From: Lama glama
Lineage: Eukaryota
NCBI GenBank assembly: GCA_028534125.1
Contig: CM052817.1
Coordinates: 50,098,001-50,162,000 of the forward strand
Direction: 5' to 3'
DNA: 64,000 nucleotides
Program-made: the position numbers and the translations under genes
Notes under the pieces: model-generated
Databases searched by the model: none
Seen by the model: only the letters and a program-made list of their open reading frames with translations
Told to the model about the DNA's origin: nothing
Shown here: positions 37,501-50,500 of the stretch, one piece after another
Position numbering within the stretch: the first letter of the stretch is position 1
How the letters are laid out: the number at the start of each line of letters is the position of its first letter

Positions 37501-37836
37501 GTTCTGAGAGGAAGGTTTATAAGAATAAACACATATATTAAGAAATTAGAGAGATCTCAAATAAACAATGCAAGTTTACATCCCAAGGAACTAGAAAAAG
37601 AACAAACTAAGCCCAAAGTTAGCAGAAGGAAGGAAATAATAAAAAATAAGAGCAGAAATAAATGAAATAGAGACCAGAAAACCAATAGAGAGGATCAACA
37701 AAGAGCTAGTTCTTTGAAAAGATAAACAAAATTGACAGACCTTTAGCTAGACTGAGAAAAAAAGAGAGGAGACTCAAATAAAATTAGAAGTGAAAGAGGA
37801 GACATTACAACTGGTACTAAGAAATACATAGAATCA
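34583..37836 (+). mobile_element. LINE-1 (L1M2/M3-like): 5'UTR, ORF1, inter-ORF spacer, ORF2 endonuclease domain; 3'-truncated, inactivated
   Basis: 5' end gaggagtgatgtcagcatcatg; ORF1 peptide GIPEEERE…FPNLGKELDIQVHKANRTP…PRHIILKL (35670-35897); ORF2 from ATG 36636 (…ISIITLNV…PIKRHRVA…KKQDPTICC…ETH, with stops); [14 protein letters not shown] (37477-37665). Confidence 0.93.
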
Positions 37837-37919
37837 GCAGTGTGGCAATTCTTATGAAAAATGTAAGAACAATAACTGAAATGTTTAAACAATCCCCTCA
37901 AACCTCATTTCTCCATTCT

Positions 37920-38080
37920 AATAATATTAACGACATAGCATCATTTGAGAATCTTCACTTTGCCAGACATTCCCAATACCAATCATGGATGACCATATTT
38001 AGTCCTCACATCAATTCTTTCAGGTAGGTACTGTCATTACTCAAACATTGTTTTAGGTTTAGAGAGATGAGACATTAGGA
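37920..38080 (-). mobile_element. MIR
   Basis: atttagtcctcacatcaa…aggtaggtactgtcatta. Confidence 0.6.
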
Positions 38081-38479
38081 TCGATGCTTACCTTTAAAAT
38101 ACATATGTAACGGCCAAATATCAATTTCTGTCTTACCCCAATTCATATCCATTATTATGCTATTGATGAGAAGTAGAAAGAGAAAGGATAGAACTTTTTG
38201 ATAACAATTTGTTGGTGCCTAATTTTTGAAGAGGAGAAAACAAAAGCAAAGTTTAAGCCAAACTTTGGTTAGGTGCTATTTAGACTCCTTACGAGGATAC
38301 CTTTGAACTAGAGGTATGGCTTTGTGTCTTAGTCACACAGATGAGAGTGAATGTTAAGTTCACCCTTTGAGAACTATAGAATCTTGGGATTGACCATGAG
38401 CCTTTCACGGCAAATGTGCTGTGAAGGAGAAAGAAAATATGGGAGTTCCCGAAGCTGGGAGACTTACGTGCTTCAGTTG

Positions 38480-38971
38480 TATCTTAGTTTGATTTCCTCA
38501 AAAGCAGACCCCAAGACAAAGATCTGAGTGGATGTATTTTATTTGGGGAGCGATCTTAGGAAATATGGTGAAAGACCAGGGAAGTGAGACAGGGAAGGGA
38601 GGAAAGCCACTCAAGATGATGTTGATGAGCAGTTTACTATTTGGGGCACACCAGGGTTTTGGTCCTGCAGGGAACTTCCTAAGAGACTGTTTAGAACACA
38701 CCTAGAATTGTCTCACTGAAGGGAAAGCAGGTGGCATAGTTACCTGTGATAGTCTGTCCTTCATTAGTTGAGAATTGCTCCTGGGCATGTTACCTCTCTG
38801 GCATGTCCTGGCTAAGAATGCTCTGATGGCCAGAGAAAACCACAGGCAGAGGCACAGGAGCTTGAGGTGGGGAGACTGTCATTGGTGTTTGGAAACTAGC
38901 CCCTGAAGTTGCAGGCGGCACTGGGGAAGGGCTGAGGGGATACGGGGGAAGCACCAACAATGTCTGCCACA
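38480..38971 (-). mobile_element. LTR33/LTR16-family ERVL solo LTR
   Basis: Reverse complement starts tgtggcagacattgttggtgcttcccccgtatcccc and ends tctgcttttgaggaaatcaaactaagata. Confidence 0.8.
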
Positions 38972-39588
38972 AGATCCTTGAAACTGGAATCTGGGGTTCA
39001 GTGAATCAGGGTCAGGGGCTCTTAAAATGATGTCTCTTATCAAATAGGCTACACTTGAGGTACTACGACAGCCCTCTTGATAAAAAAAAAATGATGGAGC
39101 TGGGAACAAATCCAGGAGATCTGACTCCAGAGGCTGTGTGTGGGACCTGTCGCTGTTCTCTCTAACTTGGATAAATCACCTTTGTTCCCGCTCAAGCTTT
39201 CACTCAAATAGTTTCAGGCTTTGTTTTTTTGGATTTGAAATAAAGTCTAGGGTGAGTGCGTTCATGTCAGTTGTCGACCAAATTCAGACTTTTCTCAGAT
39301 TAAGCGTAATCCATCAAAATTGCAAATCGCTGGCAAATGTTACATCTTTCTCAACACTCTATTGTTACCTTTATCATTTGGTTTTCTTTTCAGGGTCAGT
39401 TCTAATATAAGCCACACTCACCTATTTCCCAACAAGTCAGTTTTTTTAAAAAAATTATTTTGTGAGAGTTACTATAAATGGGAGAAGAGAGAAAGAACAT
39501 CAGGGCTGAAAAATGAACAAATGTCAAGTGGCCAGGTAAACGCACCAGTTCTGTGATTTACTTCGCTCTATTAGACTGGTGAGCAGGG

Positions 39589-39630
39589 GTGTGAGGAGAG
39601 GTGTGAGGAGAGGTATGAGGAGAGATGTGA
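39589..39630. repeat. 12-bp minisatellite, about 3.5 copies
   Basis: gtgtgaggagag gtgtgaggagag gtatgaggagag atgtga. Confidence 0.9.
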
Positions 39631-41174
39631 TCCAAATTCAGGCTCAGCAGAATTAAAAACTACTGTAAATCATAGTATCCTGGGATTGCTGAGGAGTGTT
39701 TGAATTGCAAACATTGAATGTTCAATTGGCCAAAGGTTTACTGCAGTATTTTTCTCTGTGTTGGTTGAATGCTGGCCCCATGGTAGGATTATGATAGTTT
39801 GCTAATTTTTGACAGTAGGTATTTTAACCTTTCTATTTTATGATGTATAGTCTTTGTTTGACTTTATCTGTGAGATAAGAAATAGAAATAGAATGCCTAA
39901 AGTAGTTTTGACCTGTCTTGTATGACTTGAATTATTCCTTTGATTTGTAGCTTTAAAGAATAAACTTCTAAGGCTCTTTTATCTTTATGGGCTTGATGAT
40001 TTGTTCCTGGAATTAGGATCTGACTTTGCTTAATATCTTATCAACATGGGGCAACATCTTTTATTTATACCATAAAAAGTGACAAACAGAAATGTGTTTC
40101 GATTAGCACCTGCCCTCCAAGTACCCCCAACACAAAAACTTTTCTAGATGGAGTGCATCACTCTTTCTTGTTTAATCAAACTGGATTCCGTGTTCCTACT
40201 TCAAGCTGAAAGAACTTAATGCTGAAATCTTGTCCTGAGTTTTATTTATGAACCAGTTGCCTGTGAAATATGCATAGGCATTCAAAATTAGTAGTAATGA
40301 GTAGAATATATACATATTTTTAAAAATATATGGACCATTTTCTGTCTTTTCTTGTGGTTAAGGCAGACAAGGAAGCAGCAGCCTCCTACAGCTGCCATTA
40401 TCATTCCACATTACTCTTTTATTGCCCATCAAATATGTATAGATTTAATGACCTGGAAAGGGATCAGTGAAATTCTTCACAGCACTGCATGTTTATTAAT
40501 GGACCTCCTGTTCATTGTGATGTGTTAGTGTCAGGATTATGCCAATGGTATTGCAAGAGGCAACTAAGGGTTTCTTTACTCCTGATAAAAAGGAAATTAG
40601 CCACTGATCATCAACAGAGAGCAACTCAACATCCTGGCAAATGCATGGGGGAGGGAGCGAGGCAACGGCTACAAAGAGGTTAGAAGATGGGGAGATGTTT
40701 GATAAGTCTGTCCTGTTGTAGGACATGACAAAGAGTATCAGCAGCAGAAGCTGTGAAAAAGGAGAGAATGGAAAATAAATGCAATGGAAGCAAAGAAGTA
40801 TGGAATACGGATAGGAATGGAGGTCCCGGTAACGGCTCTTAGTTTCCCTTGGCAAAGAGAACATTCATTTGAGGCCATTACATTTATTTCAGTTCTATTT
40901 AAGAGAAACTTCTTGATCAACTATTTGTATGGGTCTATGGAGTTTCTTTGTGGGGGGGGGGATTTAAGAATAATTAGGGTTTAATCCCTACCCTCAAACA
41001 ACACCACCACCACCAAGAAACAAACAAACAAAACTTAGGGAAGAGTTAATCAGGGATGGGGTAAGGAGGTGCATCATCTGATCAGGCATTTGACAAGCAT
41101 TGATGGAAGAGTCACTCCATGTGACTCCAGCAGTATTTCCTTTCATTACACAATCATCTTTGTTTTGGTTTTGT

Positions 41175-41560
41175 TTTATTTGGGCTGAATTGTATCCCCC
41201 CAAATTCATATGTTGACATTCTAACGCCCAGATTCTTAGGATGTGACTGTATTTGGTGAAAGGGTCTTTAAAGAAGTAATTAAGGTTAAATAAAGTCATT
41301 AGAGCAGGCTCTAATCCAGTACAACTGGTGTCCCTATGAGAAGCGATTAGGACACAGACATACTCAGAGGGATGACCGTATGAAGACACAGGGAGAAGAT
41401 GATCACCTGCAAGCCCCGAGAGAGGCCTCAGAAGAAACCAGAACTGCCAACACCTGGATCTTGGACTTCCATCCTACAAAACTGTGAGAAAATAGGTTTC
41501 TGTTGTTTAAGCCACCCAGTCTGTGATACTTTGTTATGCCAACCCTAACAAATTAATACA
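41175..41560 (+). mobile_element. MLT1B-type solo LTR
   Basis: tgggctgaattgtatccccccaaattcatatgttga…ctaatccagtacaactggtgtcc…aagccacccagtctgtgatactttgttat…aattaataca. Confidence 0.9.
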
Positions 41561-41869
41561 GCTCTGAAAGGGAGAAACTTTAATCCCACTTTAAGATGAA
41601 ACTGAGGTTCAGAATGTCATGCAAGTAATCTGGTTTTACAAAACTAGTAACTGGTTTTTAGAATGTGGGCTTTCAGAACTTGGATCAAACAAAATCCCCA
41701 TAGTTACTGAAAACATCAGCATTAAGGACGTGAGCATCAGACTTTCTAAAAGAATCTTGGAATTTTAATCAATGGTTAAACTTTCTATGTAAATGGTTAA
41801 ATAATGTCAGTTCAAGCAAAATCGGGTTTTTAGAAGTCCATGACCTACAATAAGAGTAGAGCGTCTTCC

Positions 41870-42135
41870 TCAACTTATTCCTGGAGTATCATGTTCAGAT
41901 CTCAGGATCATACTTTTAGAAAAACACGAACACATTAGAACTTGTTCCAAAGAAAGCGAGTCAGAGATGCCTGAAGGACTCAACAGCAAGGCTTGTCAGA
42001 CACGGCCAAAAGGACCTGGGGTGTCTTTCTAAGGATAGGTGAAGAGGAAAGAGGGCGTAGATGGGAGGAGACTCAAAGGGGGCAGCTGGGGCCCAGGAAA
42101 AGGGACTTTAAGGGCTTTTGGGGGGTATTGTTGGG
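41870..42135 (+). mobile_element. L3/CR1 LINE relic (3' of RT)
   Basis: ctggagtatcatgttcagatc…tagaacttgttccaaagaaagcga…aggacctggggtgtctt…ggagactcaaagggg parallels the CR1 LEYCVQFW…LERVQRRA…ELGLFSL…RRLRG region. Confidence 0.6.
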
Positions 42136-42859
42136 CAGAACACTTGCTCTGCTCACCATTATTACAAAGCACGAGTGAATTTCTAGCCTTAAATTATTGC
42201 TGCCAAGCCTTGGAAGGCAGTGCTAGCCTTGATACCCCAAATTCCATTTGTTTTCAACCCCAACAAGGGAACAGTGGAGAGGCTCACTTTGAATTTCATC
42301 TGGTCTCTCCATATCTGATGGTCTTTGTGTTGGTTAATTACCCAAGAAGAAGTAGTTCCCCAGGGGCCAGGTTTCTTTCTCCTTAATAATTCCAGAGCAA
42401 GAAGCAGTGGAAACAGCCCCTCCAGCACAAAATTGGAAAAGTCTGTTCATGAGAGAGTGTGAACGCACCGTCATTAGGTGGAGTCTATGATTTGTTCAGT
42501 GTTAAGTGCCAGAAACACAGTTTTTGCTACAGATTCCAGCAGATACCCAGAAATAAGGTCCAGTGTGAAGCTGTTCTGTTTTCATACTCTAAATGTCACT
42601 TATTGTGCTATTAAAGTATATGACTTTTCCTTTGGATCAAGATAGGCACATTTAGATCTGAAAGATCTTTCTGATTTTAAGAATTTCTCCTTTAATTTCC
42701 ACAGGTTTCAAGAAAAGTCTTACTATGTATAGAGGCAGAATCTTCCATTATATGGGCAAGGCAGGGTATGACTTGAGAAGCTCTGAGCAAAGCAAGGTTT
42801 TGAGGCGATGTTCCCTCCTCATCCTTTTGTACTAAAATTATACAATAATATTTAAACTG

Positions 42860-43061
42860 TAGAATAATAATAATAGCAAATTTGCTTAGCATTTATTGCA
42901 TGTCAAATGCTAAGTGCTCTTCATACATTAATTCATTCACTTCTCATAGTAAACCTATGACGTAGGTACTATTGTTATGCCCATTTTATGGTTCATGGTA
43001 GAGCTAGGATGCAGTCCTAGGTAGACTGACTGTGGAGTTCATGCTCTTAACTAGTATGCTA
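42860..43061 (-). mobile_element. MIR with internal deletion
   Basis: cctatgacgtaggtactattgttatgcccattttat joined to atggtagagctaggat…ctgactgtggagttcatgctcttaac. Confidence 0.75.
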
Positions 43062-43121
43062 TGCTGCTGCTGCTGCTGCTGCTAATAATAATAATAACAA
43101 TAATAATAATAATAATAATAA
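43062..43121. repeat. Compound microsatellite (TGC)7 + (TAA)~13
   Basis: Direct reading; one CAA interruption. Confidence 0.95.
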
Positions 43122-46100
43122 TATAAAAAACAAGTGTGAGGATGTTTAACAAAGCTGTTTTTTTCACAGGATAACTCTATTGGTCCTTATTATGAGATAT
43201 CACACATTAAATTCTATGTGAATTCATAAAAATCTCTTTCTCTCTCCCTTTCTCACTCTTGTGTTTCTTGGATTTTAAACAGATTCTTAGTTGAGCTATT
43301 GGGTAATCCAACAGTGGCCCCGAGAGAAGACCTGAGTTATCTGCATTGAGCATAAATATAATAAATAGGAAGATCTATTGGGGTGAAAGAGAATATGCTA
43401 CATCCTTTGCCTCCAAAGCTGAAAGAGAAGCAAGTGACTTGTGAACCTCTTGACTTCTTTTGCAGGACTTTGAATTCACATAAATTTTTAAAAAATCAGT
43501 CAGAGAGGTCTCTTACCTTTTAAACCATTCACCAAACTGCCTTCCTTTCAACATAATGAGCCATAATTACTCAATGATCTTTCAAAGGGTGAGTATCTCT
43601 GGGACCTAAGATCTTTACAAAGGCTTTCTCAGGTTTAATTTGCTAATACCCTTAGTTAAAATGCAGTTCTTCCTTCCAGAGACCAAAATTGCTGCAACTA
43701 CGGTGGGTTTTTAAGTGTCTTAAATGTTATACCTATATAAAAGTTATCTGCTCTCTGTTTGGAAACATTTATTTATACTTTATATCTATCTACACAATCT
43801 ACTGTTACATCTGCTAAGGTGGGAGCAAAACTATGCTTGACTTCAGATGGATAAAAGTTTGCTGTTGGCATTTTTGTTGAGTGACAAAATCCCTGGGGCA
43901 AAACTCTCCAAAGTTTTTATTTAATTGTGATGTACCCACAGCACAGCCCTTCTTTGCTGTGTCAAGGATTTATTGAGTTGTAATTAGACTGTCTGAGGGG
44001 AAACTACATTCTAGGCTGGGACCACTTCAGGATTACCCAAAAGGTAGACCAAACTATGTTTAAAGTACCAGCCAAATGGGAAGGAAGAGGATACATATAT
44101 ACATGTATATGTGAATGAGAGAGAGAGGGAGAAAATTTACAGAATTTGATATGTGCTATTTCAGCATTAGAGCCTTCTTCCGTATGGCAGACATGAACTA
44201 GGGGCTTAATGTTACCTGGAACCCATTGGTCGTGCAAGAAGTGGTCCAAGTCTTATCACTGTAGATTTATTTTTCTATCCTTTGGTTGACCTGAGTCCTG
44301 TAATTCCTATATATGTTCCTTTTTTCTTTCCTTCAGTTTAAAAATATTATTGTATTAATTACCATTATTTTAAGGGTCATATCTATTTTTAGGTTCTGAA
44401 TCTTATCGTGCACATTTGTGACGCTGAGGTCTTTATCATAGTCTTGTCTCAGCTTCCAATCTGTTGAGTGGTGAGCAGCCCCGGCATTAACATTTAGAAT
44501 ACCCTCGCTGACACAGTGACCCAGCCGTTTGCCATACAAATCTAATCAAATCTATTAACGCCTTACTAGATCAAGTTTATTTCTTCTTTATGGAAAGCAG
44601 TTCAGGAGAAATGGTACAGAGGAACGAAGAGATTGGTGTCTGGTGGGTATAGATGAGGGAATTTTCCCCTTTCAATTGCCTCACAAATCACAGGGAGCAT
44701 TTTTTTTGTTTGTTTTGTGTAGCAATAAACTCTTGAGCTGAAACTTGGGCTGAATGTAATTTCCTTTTGAGCAAGATAAGGATGGGTAGGGAAATTAGTT
44801 CCCCCAAAGGGAAGGAAGATGTATAAAAAGAAAGATTTTTTTTTTTACAATTTCTGATTGAAACCCCATGGGACTCCATGCTTTAATAATTGCCATTAAA
44901 GTCCTCTGTCTTGTCTAATATAAATTCTGAAATCAGCACTATCGGGAAAATGTTTTTTATTTGCCTGCCCATGTATGGAGGGGTATTTTGTTCATCATGA
45001 TCTTGCGTTGGATCCAAGTTTATGCTGACTTTTCCATAAAAATAGAGGGGAAAAAATAAGTATCCAGGCAGAAGAAGGGAAGATGGGTGATGAAATTCAT
45101 TGAACATGATTCAGAGGATTACAATTCTAGGTATACATTTGTTGGTTCTCACTGTCATAGCAACATATGCCCACTAGAGGTCAGTAAAAGGCAACCATAT
45201 GAGAAACTTTTCCAGCGGGAAGCTTCTCCCACTCCCAGGTGGGCTTCTCAGATGTAACGCCGGTTTTTCAAAAGGCTTTCTTTTAAAGATGACGAAAAAG
45301 TGGTATTCGAGGCTTTCTGGGAGAGGAGAGCAAAATAAAGAATTTCACCTTCAAAAAAATAAAGTGAAAAAAACGTTTCTGAAGGTTTCACAACAAAAAA
45401 CCGTTCTTTAGCTATTGCAATCTAAGAGGGAACAGGAATATTTACCTTCACAGATCTTTTAGGTGTGGGTTTCAACAGGTGGTAATGAAGCTGCTGCACA
45501 CCTGTCTTCCTGTAGTCGGAAGGCGACTCCTTTCTCTAGCTCTAACCATACACTTTTTTTTTTTACCTCCATGATATTTATCGCATTGTTTATTACATTT
45601 TTGGGTACATGCATTTCTCTTATACTAGTTTGTAAGCTTCTAAATGACAGGAACTTGACCTCAGGTATTTAAAAATCCTCAGTACCTGAACATTGCTTAA
45701 CCAAAACACGTGGGTCATCGAAAACGTGTGTGGAACATACATGAATCAGTGCATGTTTTCATTATTATTACTTACAAAGTACAATAGTATTTGTGTGTTT
45801 CATTCTTTGGAGAATTTAAAGTGGATCAACACCTATATACAATCTTTCCTCATAAAATTGATTGAAATGAGTATGTCTTAATTGTAACTGCTTGCTTTTG
45901 AATTTCTGGTCAAATTCAGAACTAAAAATGAATGTCTTTAGATGTAAAATGCAGGAGAAAAAGTATCACTGTCACTTTAACCATAACCAATTTTCTTGCA
46001 TAAAGTCAGGAAGGATTTCAGAGCTTTTCAAATTGATGGGTGTTAGTCTGGCAAGCAGTGAATTCTGGCCCTGAATTCTCAAGTTGTCAGACTATTTCAC

Positions 46101-47369
46101 AGATGTGCTGCCTGATGGAAGCCTACTGAATATTACTCAGACATTGACCATGACGTTATTTGCTTCTGGCAAGCATGAAGCACTTTCCCTTTAAGGTTTC
46201 CCTGGCCTCTGTGTGTTTAGAAGTCCTGTAGAGGAAGTAGGGACCCAGTCTGCAATCCAGAGCACTCTCTGCTTTGGCATGCTCTTCTTTCAGGGTAGGT
46301 GGCTCAACATGGTGCCTTTGAACGCACGGCCCCAGTGGGAGCCCTATTATCTGCTAAATATTCCTGGAAACGTTTATACAGAACACGGAGCACAGCAGGC
46401 CCTGTCCCCCTCCCCCCACAGCTAAGCCTTTGAAATGGCAAATGTGTGGACCTCCTGAGTGCCTCTGCTCAGTCCCCGCCGTTGACATTTTCAAAGTTAA
46501 CATATAAAATGATTCCATTGAAATAACAGTTTTGAAGATATTACTGCCAAACTTTACCAGTGTTCACAAATTAGCTCTCAGATGGCATTGACTTAGGTAG
46601 AGAGTGCGAGTTTAAACTGAAAATCTGATAGATTACATTCGAATGGACCCCATTACAAATCTGGAACATGGTGTTAAGCCTCCCACTACTCAGCTGAAGC
46701 TGGTTTCTGACTTTCTGGTGTCATTTCCAGACAGGCAGCCCTCATATGTTAGGGCCAGATGGCCCCTCAGAGAACTTCTGGTAGAACAGCACCTTCATCT
46801 TGGAGGTGAAGAAATCAAGGCTCTTGGAGGACATCTGAACGAACGTCAGCAATGGGGCATCCAAACTTTTGGGGGGCAATTTTCCCCTCAACAGTTTAAC
46901 TGATTCATTCTAGTATGATAATTGAGAATGCAATGGATGGTGTCTGATTCTGCCACAAAATCACACTATCTCGGTACCATGGAGGTGAACAGGGCAGGCA
47001 TGGTGGGTAGAGTCAAATAGCACCATCTCTGATTTGGGCCACCCTCCCTCCTCTACTTTTTCTTTTCCTCTCTAGTCTTGAAAGGAGGTGAATGTGGGGA
47101 AAAAAACAAAATATATATAAAAATTTAAAAAGTCTGATTCCAGGGTACAGGTAAGCTGGGAGTAGTGGCCTGATGAGTGAAGATGGGCTTCTAGACAAAG
47201 TCTCCTTCTTCAAAGCTTCTTCCGACAAGTCTATGAAAGGTAGTGGTAGGCAGGCTCAGCCAAGTCAAAGCTCTTTGGTGATAATGGAAAAGGGGGTGCT
47301 TTATTTTTGATAGAAAGAGAGCTCTTACCCAAGAATACAATGCACTGTCTCAGTGCCATAGGTAATGCA

Positions 47370-47560
47370 CTTTCTGTTCATTTCAACTAAAAATACTTAA
47401 CAAACTATCTGCTATGTTTCGGGCATTGGCTATACTGTAGTGGACAAAACAGGATCTCTGTACTTGTTGAGTTCACATTCTTATGGATGGAGGTAGACAA
47501 TGAAGAAATGAGACATGAGATGTGCTCACCAGGAAATGTTCAGCAGGACCAGGGAGATTA
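47370..47560 (-). mobile_element. L2 3' end
   Basis: ttcatttcaactaaaaatactt…tgctatgtttcgggcattgg…gagttcacattctta. Confidence 0.6.
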
Positions 47561-50500
47561 AGAGTAATGGCAGGGGTGGGGTGGTATTTTATCATGGGAG
47601 GATGTCTTGGGTACCAGTCTGGGAACTTCAAAAGGTGCCCAAGCAGGTGCAAAATTGCTTAGACTTTCTTCTGGAGAGGAGTCTGTCCTTGCAGATAGGA
47701 AACTGGAGTCTCTGTCATGACTGTGGCCCATCCTATCAGCTTGTCCGAGCCAAGATTCAGGCCAAGATCCTGGCCCTTGGCCTCCATGGTCAGCCTCCTT
47801 TCTCCTGTCGCACCTGAAATGAACTCGTGTGGTTTCCTGCTACAGCTTTTGTTCCTCATGCAACATTAGCTGCACTGGCCTTGTTTTGCTCTTGTTAATG
47901 AGTGGAACCGAAGAGAGCGCTATTAAAACCATTTCTGGCAAATGAGACTCAAATGGTATTTGAATTGGGTTGAAAAGCTGGAGCAGCAAAGAATATAGGA
48001 AGTAAGTCCATGGCCATTCTGGCTGTGCTATTGAAGAGCTATTCTTGAGAAGGAGAGCCAGAGAAGTGAAGCCTTCCTTTATGTTTATGTTTTATAAGTG
48101 CAGTTTCACAACTAGAGAATTTGTGAAGGAAACTGGCCCCACTTTTTTTTTTTTTCATTTTGGCATTTCTTCACAGAGTCTGTGAGAAGAGATTTTGTGA
48201 AAATTGACTTTTGATGTAGATTGAATAGGCAGCTCTTAAGTGTATAATTTTAAGACATTGGAAAGACCTGCTTTTTCCCCAAAAGAGTCTTGTATAGGGT
48301 GTTGATTTATTGTTCTTTCAGTAGATCTCTTCACTCAGTAAACATTTATTCAATAAATAGCTTACTATAGCTATTGTTTGGGGAGGGCTTTGTCCTTTTC
48401 TAAAAAGCAGGACACCCTGGAAATTGTGAGACATTGTTACCAGTTGTTTATCCTTATCTGACTAAGCTTCAGAATTTTGTCTGTGACAGTGTTTGGTGCT
48501 GGTTGAGGAGGGACAGAGGGGAGAGAGACTTGGATTTTACAGAGCAGCAGAAGGAAGAGTGAAGGGGCTCTTTGGGAGTGGAGAACAGGAGACAAACTCC
48601 CAGTTTTGGTGAAGGCCAGAATGTTCTTTGATTCTGCTTTTTTGATGTTTACTGTCTTAGTATTTTAACTCATGTCTCTAGACAAATGTGATCTTCAAAA
48701 TATTTGATCGCTGATATGGCCCTGAAACCAACCAGTCAGAACACACTGTGGACACCTGCTGAACCAGAGGGGAGCTGCTGATGTCAGTGAGCCTCCATTC
48801 AGCTTTGATTTCTTGGTGTAAGATAAATTGAGAGGGGGACACAAGGAGTGGCTCATTAATAAACAGACGAGACTGAAGCAAGTATAATGACTACATAATT
48901 GGGCACATCCTCCCTGGCCTTAGTTCCAAGGTGAGCTGCGCTGGCCACCTATGGCCCTGGTGGCAATTTTCTTTCTCTTACTTCATGCTTACTATTTTTA
49001 GATTTGTGACTGTCTTGTAAATAATATAGTGATTGTTTAACAGTCATTTTCCTGGTGTTCTTAGCGTAGGTAGTGACTTTTATTTGTAATAAAATTTTCA
49101 ATCTCAAGGATCTTGAAGAACTCACTATATACATGATGAAATGTGGTATTTGATTTGCATTGAAAAGTTAAGATGTATTGCCAGTATCAAAGTGGATGCT
49201 CAGTCAACATTTGTTGGATGAACATTTATGAATGAATGAAAGGAAGCAGGGCTCTGATCAATCCTGTCCTCCATTAAGTATTCCCTGACAGCCTGAGCTG
49301 TGATTTCTCCCTCCTTTGATTTTCTGTTGCCCTTTTTGTTTGTATTTATTGCCTCACAGAGTTTGTTTTTTCATGAATGCACAATGTCAGTTTCTTGAAT
49401 GAATTACAGGATTGTTAGGTGTCTTATACTTTTTCATCCCCCCGACTCTCTTGGTAGTGAGGAGTTGAATTGGAAAGAAGGGATGGTATAGAGAGAGTCA
49501 CTTGGTGGTGGTGTGAATTGGTCATGGTCTGAACTAATGTGGTGGCCGTATGGATGAGAGAGAGAGGAGATAATGGAAGCATAGTAATAGGAAAGCGACT
49601 CAGACTCAGTAATGGATATGGGAAGGTGGGGAGAGGGAAGCGTCAGAGCTAACTTCTGATTTTGAGGCTTTCAGGTGTTAGGACTCTTGGACCTAATCTC
49701 TTCCACAAGCCAAGGCTGTGTTATATGTGGGGTATGAACTGAAATCAAGGGTTTAGCTGCTGCTTTCTACCTGGTGTGGGTCCAGCCAAGGTCACACAGC
49801 CAGTAAACGGCTTAGCAAGGATTATGTACTGGGGCGTCTGGCTCTGGTGCATGCTCTCTGGCCGCTGTGCCATACAGCCTCATGAAATGAAATAAGGCAT
49901 AGGAAAGCACCCTGAAAACTTTAAAGCTGCGTACAGATCTTACTGCAAATGAACATTATGGAAACCTTGTATCTTTGGAAGTGAAATTCAAAGCATTAGG
50001 CACAGTAGTCAGTGGCAGAAGAAGAGAGTTACCAGGGAACATAGAGAGATACCAAAGGGCAGGTGACTCCTCAAAGGCTAGCCTACAGTGTGGAAGAGGG
50101 AAGGAAGATGTGGCTCTTAAACAGCCTGACCAAACCCTTTCCCAGTAATCTCGGTGCTGATGGAAAGTAGAGGAGGGCATTTACTCTTAGAAATTTGATC
50201 CCAGAATTTTGTATACACATTGGAATTGAGAGAGAGGGATAATCACTTAGGGTTTGTAGCTCAGATATCCCTCCGACCTGCCACACATACATGCAGTATC
50301 CTCACACCAGTCAGGTTAGGAGCGTAGTCATCCCAGAGACTGCTAAAGCAAGGGCACTCTATCCTTGGAATTGTTTCCAGTGTAAAATAGGAAGCGATCT
50401 TTTGTTTGAAATGCAGAATTTGAGCGCTAAGAGCCAAGATCCAGCTCTCCAAATGCAAGTGGTATCCTTTGAGAATATCACAGCATAAGAAAAATTCCTA

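Noticed and set aside
35670..37665. L1 ORF1/ORF2 as functional CDS
   Set aside because: Multiple stops and frameshifts, and no RT domain
38011..38029. Second AG|GT recursive-like junction ttctttcag|gtaggt
   Set aside because: Inside a MIR where aggtaggt is consensus-derived; short pyrimidine tract
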